64,000 bases of DNA from an uncultured Planctomycetia bacterium (lineage in GTDB: Bacteria; Omnitrophota; Gorgyraeia; 2-02-FULL-51-18): the NCBI GenBank assembly GCA_964431835.1, contig CAYSKO010000008.1, positions 26,622 through 90,621 on the forward strand. The letters are read 5' to 3'. Made by a program: the position numbers and the translations under genes. The notes under the pieces are model-generated. The model was not told the origin of the DNA. It worked only from the letters and a program-made list of their open reading frames with translations, and made no database searches. This document shows, in pieces, positions 61,047 to 64,000 of this stretch (its first letter is position 1; the number at the start of each line of letters is the position of its first letter).

Positions 61047-64000
61047 ATGCCTTCACTCGAACTCCTCGTCTCACCGCCGGGAACCGGCAAAACGGCTCGC
61101 TGCATCGAACTTTTCAAGCAGCGGATCCTGAATACCCGCGCCGGAATCGGCAGCCGCTCCTACTTCGTCCTTCCCAGCCGCGAACACGCCGACCGCATTC
61201 AAAATCTGATCCTCCGCCGCGACGTGCCGGGGCTATTCAACGCCCATATCCTGACGATTCAGGACCTCGCGGACCGTTTCCTCGAAGGCGGAGGCCGCCC
61301 GGCCGATTCGGTACGCCGAGCGGCGGCGGCGGGCGCTCTCGACGCGCGCGACGCCTCCGGCGAGTCCGTCTACGGTTATTTCCGGGACTCGCTCGAACTC
61401 GGAGGGTTCCGCGAGCTCGCTCTCGAGGTGGTCCGTGAATTCAAGGCGGGCCTCCTTTCGACCGCCGATTTCGAGCGGCGCGCCCAGCCGCTTCTCAAGG
61501 ACCCGGTTTTCCGTTCAAAGTTCCGTGATTTTTCGATCCTTCTCAAGCGCTACGACGCCGCGCTGGAAGCGCTCGGAGTCGTCGAGGCCGACGACGAGAT
61601 CGCGCGGCTTGAGATGCTCGACGGGCGGCCGGGACGCCCCGATCTCGTTATTTTCGACGGTTTCTATCATTTCACGCGCGCCCAAGCCAAACTTCTTGTC
61701 CTCCTCTCCCGATGGGCCGATCATACAGTCGTCACACTCACGCTCGATCCCGCGCATTCCGCCGGCGAGGCGCTCTTCGGGTACCCGGAACGCACGCGCC
61801 GATTCTTGCGCGCCGCTGGTTTTCGCGAAAGCGCGCCTTCCGATGAAAATCACCGCGCCGCACACCCGGCGCTCAAGCACCTGGCAGCTCATCTTTTCGC
61901 GGCCTCCCCGCCGAAATTCGAAGGGGAGTCGCCCGCCGCGGTGTTTTCGGCGCCGTCGCGCCGCGCGGAGTACGAAATGATCGCGCGCGAGATCCGGAAG
62001 CTGTACCGCGAGGGTCCGTACCATTTCAGTGACGTCTGCCTTATCCTCCGGGGCGTCAGCGGACAGCGCGCGCTGATCGAGTCCACTTTCGCCGAATTCG
62101 CCGTTCCGGTGGCCATCCACGAGCGCAACCGCCTCGTGGAAAGTGGTCTCGCGGGCGCGCTCCACAGGCTCCTGCGGCTAGCCGTGGACGATTGGCGTCG
62201 CGACGACGTGCTTTATCTCGCCAAATCAAGTTACTTCCGCGATCGGCTCGCGCTCGCGGACGCTCTCGAGATCGAGCGCGCCGCTCTTCGCGAAGGCCTG
62301 CGCGAGGGCCGCGCCGCTTGGGAGACTCTCGCGGCCAACGCCGCTCTTTCGGCTCCGGCACGCGCGTTCCTTTCGTTCCTCCTCGAGACGGAGGCGCGCC
62401 TACTTTCCGCGCCGCGCGTCCACGCGTTCGCGGCGGTCGTGCGTGCTTATCTCGAGCCGCTCGCTGCGGCGTCCGGCGACGCCATCGACGCCGCGGCCGC
62501 GCGCGCGATCGCCTCCATGCTTGCGGCGGCGCGCCGGCGGTACGGGTCGGATGCGCCCTTCGACGCCTCCCGTTACGCGCGCGAGCTTCTCGGCGACGTC
62601 GAGGACGGTCTCTTCTCCACGAAAGCCCGGGGAAGGAACCGCGTGCAGGTGTACGACGTCGTCATGGCTCTGCCGAAGGAGTACAAGGTCGTTTTCGTCT
62701 GCGATCTTCTCGAGAAAACGTTCCCGCAGCCCGTCACCGAGGATCCTCTGTTCAAGGACGCGGAACGCAGCGTCCTGAACGGCGATGATCCCGCTCTTGA
62801 GGAGCGCCGTTTCCGTCTCACGGGCGAGCGGTATTTTTTCTACATGGCGGTGACGCGCGCCCGCGAACGGCTTTACCTCACGCATTCGACGCACGACGCG
62901 GACGGCAAACCGTCGCTGCGGTCTTTCTTCGTCGACGAAGCACTCGCGTGTTTCGGCGAGCACGCGGTCGAGCGGCGTTCGCGCGATCTCTCCCGCTTCC
63001 TGCCGCGGCCCGACGAATGGGAATCGGAGACCGACGTCGCTCGCGGCGTGGCCGCCTTGCGCGGCGCCCCGGCGGGGGACGCGTTCGCCCGCGAAGTGCT
63101 CGCGGCATGGGATCCGCCGGAGATGCTCGCGCGCGGTCTTTCGCGTACCGCGCTCCAGGCGGGCTTCCGGGATCCGCGCGTGCTCAAAGCGGTCGCGTCG
63201 CTCGAGCGGCCGTTCAGCGCCTCGACGCTCGAGGCGTTCCTCACGTGTCCGTTCCGTCATTACGCGGAGCACTTGCTCGGCCTTAATCGCTCGATCGAGG
63301 GCCACGAAGAAGCCGAGATGGGCACGCTCCTTCACGAGGTGTTGTACGAGTACTTCGTCGCGGTTCCTGAGGCCGACCGCATATCCGGCGCCTATTTCAA
63401 GGACGCCGCGAAAATGGAAGCGGATCTCGAGGCGATATTCGACCGAAAGTTCGAGGAGGGTCCGTTCCGTGGCCAGCCCGCTTATCGCCGCGCCGCATGG
63501 CGGGAATCGATGCGCGCGATGCTCAAACGTTACGTCCGTCTTGAAGGAGAGCTCGCGGGTTCCGGCGTGCCGTCGCATTTCGAATGGGAGTTCGGAAAGA
63601 ACAAGAAGGAGGGCCTGCGGATACCGGCCGCAGAAGGGGATATTCTCCTCAAAGGCACGGTAGACCGCGTCGACGTCGATCCGGCCACCGGCCGGGCGGT
63701 CGTCATCGACTACAAGAAGTCGTCGCGCAACCTGCGCGAGAAATTGAAGAAAGGTCATGAGATCCAACTGCCGATTTATCTTTTGGCGGTGCGGAGCCTG
63801 TTGGGGCTCGAGCCGGCCGGATTCGAGCACCGAGTGCTCAAGACCGGACGGCGCGAGGACGCCGGGCTTTCGGACGAGGACATGGAAAACCTGCTCGCGG
63901 AAACCGAAGACAGGGTCCGCCAGGCCGTGCGCCGGATCCGCGCCGGGGAAATCACCGTTGAATCGCGCGACTGCAAGTTTTGCGAGTTCGACGCCGTGTG
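61047..64000 (+). CDS. AddB/RexB-like helicase-nuclease subunit with PD-(D/E)XK domain (3'-truncated; absent from the ORF track)
   Basis: Spot translation: MPSLELLVSPPGTGKT; FYMAVTRARERL; SASTLEAFLTCPF; KGTVDRVD..VIDYK; QLPIY; DCKFCEFDAV at the window edge (Fe-S cysteines). Extended -10 TGtTATGAT at 61019-61027. Confidence 0.88.
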   Translation, partial: MPSLELLVSPPGTGKTARCIELFKQRILNTRAGIGSRSYFVLPSREHADRIQNLILRRDVPGLFNAHILTIQDLADRFLEGGGRPADSVRRAAAAGALDARDASGESVYGYFRDSLELGGFRELALEVVREFKAGLLSTADFERRAQPLLKDPVFRSKFRDFSILLKRYDAALEALGVVEADDEIARLEMLDGRPGRPDLVIFDGFYHFTRAQAKLLVLLSRWADHTVVTLTLDPAHSAGEALFGYPERTRRFLRAAGFRESAPSDENHRAAHPALKHLAAHLFAASPPKFEGESPAAVFSAPSRRAEYEMIAREIRKLYREGPYHFSDVCLILRGVSGQRALIESTFAEFAVPVAIHERNRLVESGLAGALHRLLRLAVDDWRRDDVLYLAKSSYFRDRLALADALEIERAALREGLREGRAAWETLAANAALSAPARAFLSFLLETEARLLSAPRVHAFAAVVRAYLEPLAAASGDAIDAAAARAIASMLAAARRRYGSDAPFDASRYARELLGDVEDGLFSTKARGRNRVQVYDVVMALPKEYKVVFVCDLLEKTFPQPVTEDPLFKDAERSVLNGDDPALEERRFRLTGERYFFYMAVTRARERLYLTHSTHDADGKPSLRSFFVDEALACFGEHAVERRSRDLSRFLPRPDEWESETDVARGVAALRGAPAGDAFAREVLAAWDPPEMLARGLSRTALQAGFRDPRVLKAVASLERPFSASTLEAFLTCPFRHYAEHLLGLNRSIEGHEEAEMGTLLHEVLYEYFVAVPEADRISGAYFKDAAKMEADLEAIFDRKFEEGPFRGQPAYRRAAWRESMRAMLKRYVRLEGELAGSGVPSHFEWEFGKNKKEGLRIPAAEGDILLKGTVDRVDVDPATGRAVVIDYKKSSRNLREKLKKGHEIQLPIYLLAVRSLLGLEPAGFEHRVLKTGRREDAGLSDEDMENLLAETEDRVRQAVRRIRAGEITVESRDCKFCEFDAV

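Noticed and set aside
61435-63976. Short ORFs listed in the last 3 kb
   Set aside because: They are alternative-frame fragments over a single AddB-like frame from 61047 that runs off the window and so was not listed in the track.
1-64000. CRISPR array, tRNA/rRNA, riboswitch, prophage or integrase
   Set aside because: Intergenic gaps are short and I saw no repeat-spacer periodicity, cloverleaf or hallmark genes. A covariance-model scan would be needed to exclude small RNAs.

Overview
High-GC bacterial chromosomal window in which every credible gene lies on the + strand. The giant-gene architecture suggests Candidatus Omnitrophota or a related lineage; this is inference and was not tested. The first 29.5 kb holds two tandem giant ORFs: one of at least 3149 aa that is cut by the left edge, and one of 6634 aa. 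Each reads as a string of unrelated enzyme-like modules: several kinase folds, zinc peptidases, JAB/MPN domains, degenerate GGDEF domains, a SAM methyltransferase, a CheD/CNF1-like deamidase and a beta-propeller. The modules are separated by a recurrent pentapeptide [G/A]-A-R-[M/L/V/I]-[A/S/T], with 19 clear copies and 2 ambiguous ones, written with varied synonymous codons. The complete protein starts with a signal peptide and a TIKI/EreA/ChaN-like domain, and both genes end in the same 720-bp, 100% identical segment. My main hypothesis is an exported, proteolytically processed multi-effector polyprotein system with constant ends and exchangeable cargo. The remaining 34.5 kb is mostly housekeeping (aconitase, DHS-like, RluA, LOG, OmpA-LysM, gpmA, pabB/pabC-like, purH, folC, mnmE, accA). 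It also carries a signalling and envelope cluster (RsbW, STAS, MlaEFD, FecR, beta-barrel, CHASE2-PP2C, GGDEF-EAL, ComFB) and a 3'-truncated AddB-like gene. I saw no rRNA, tRNA, CRISPR array or transposase. All domain calls come from reading motifs by eye; no searches were run.
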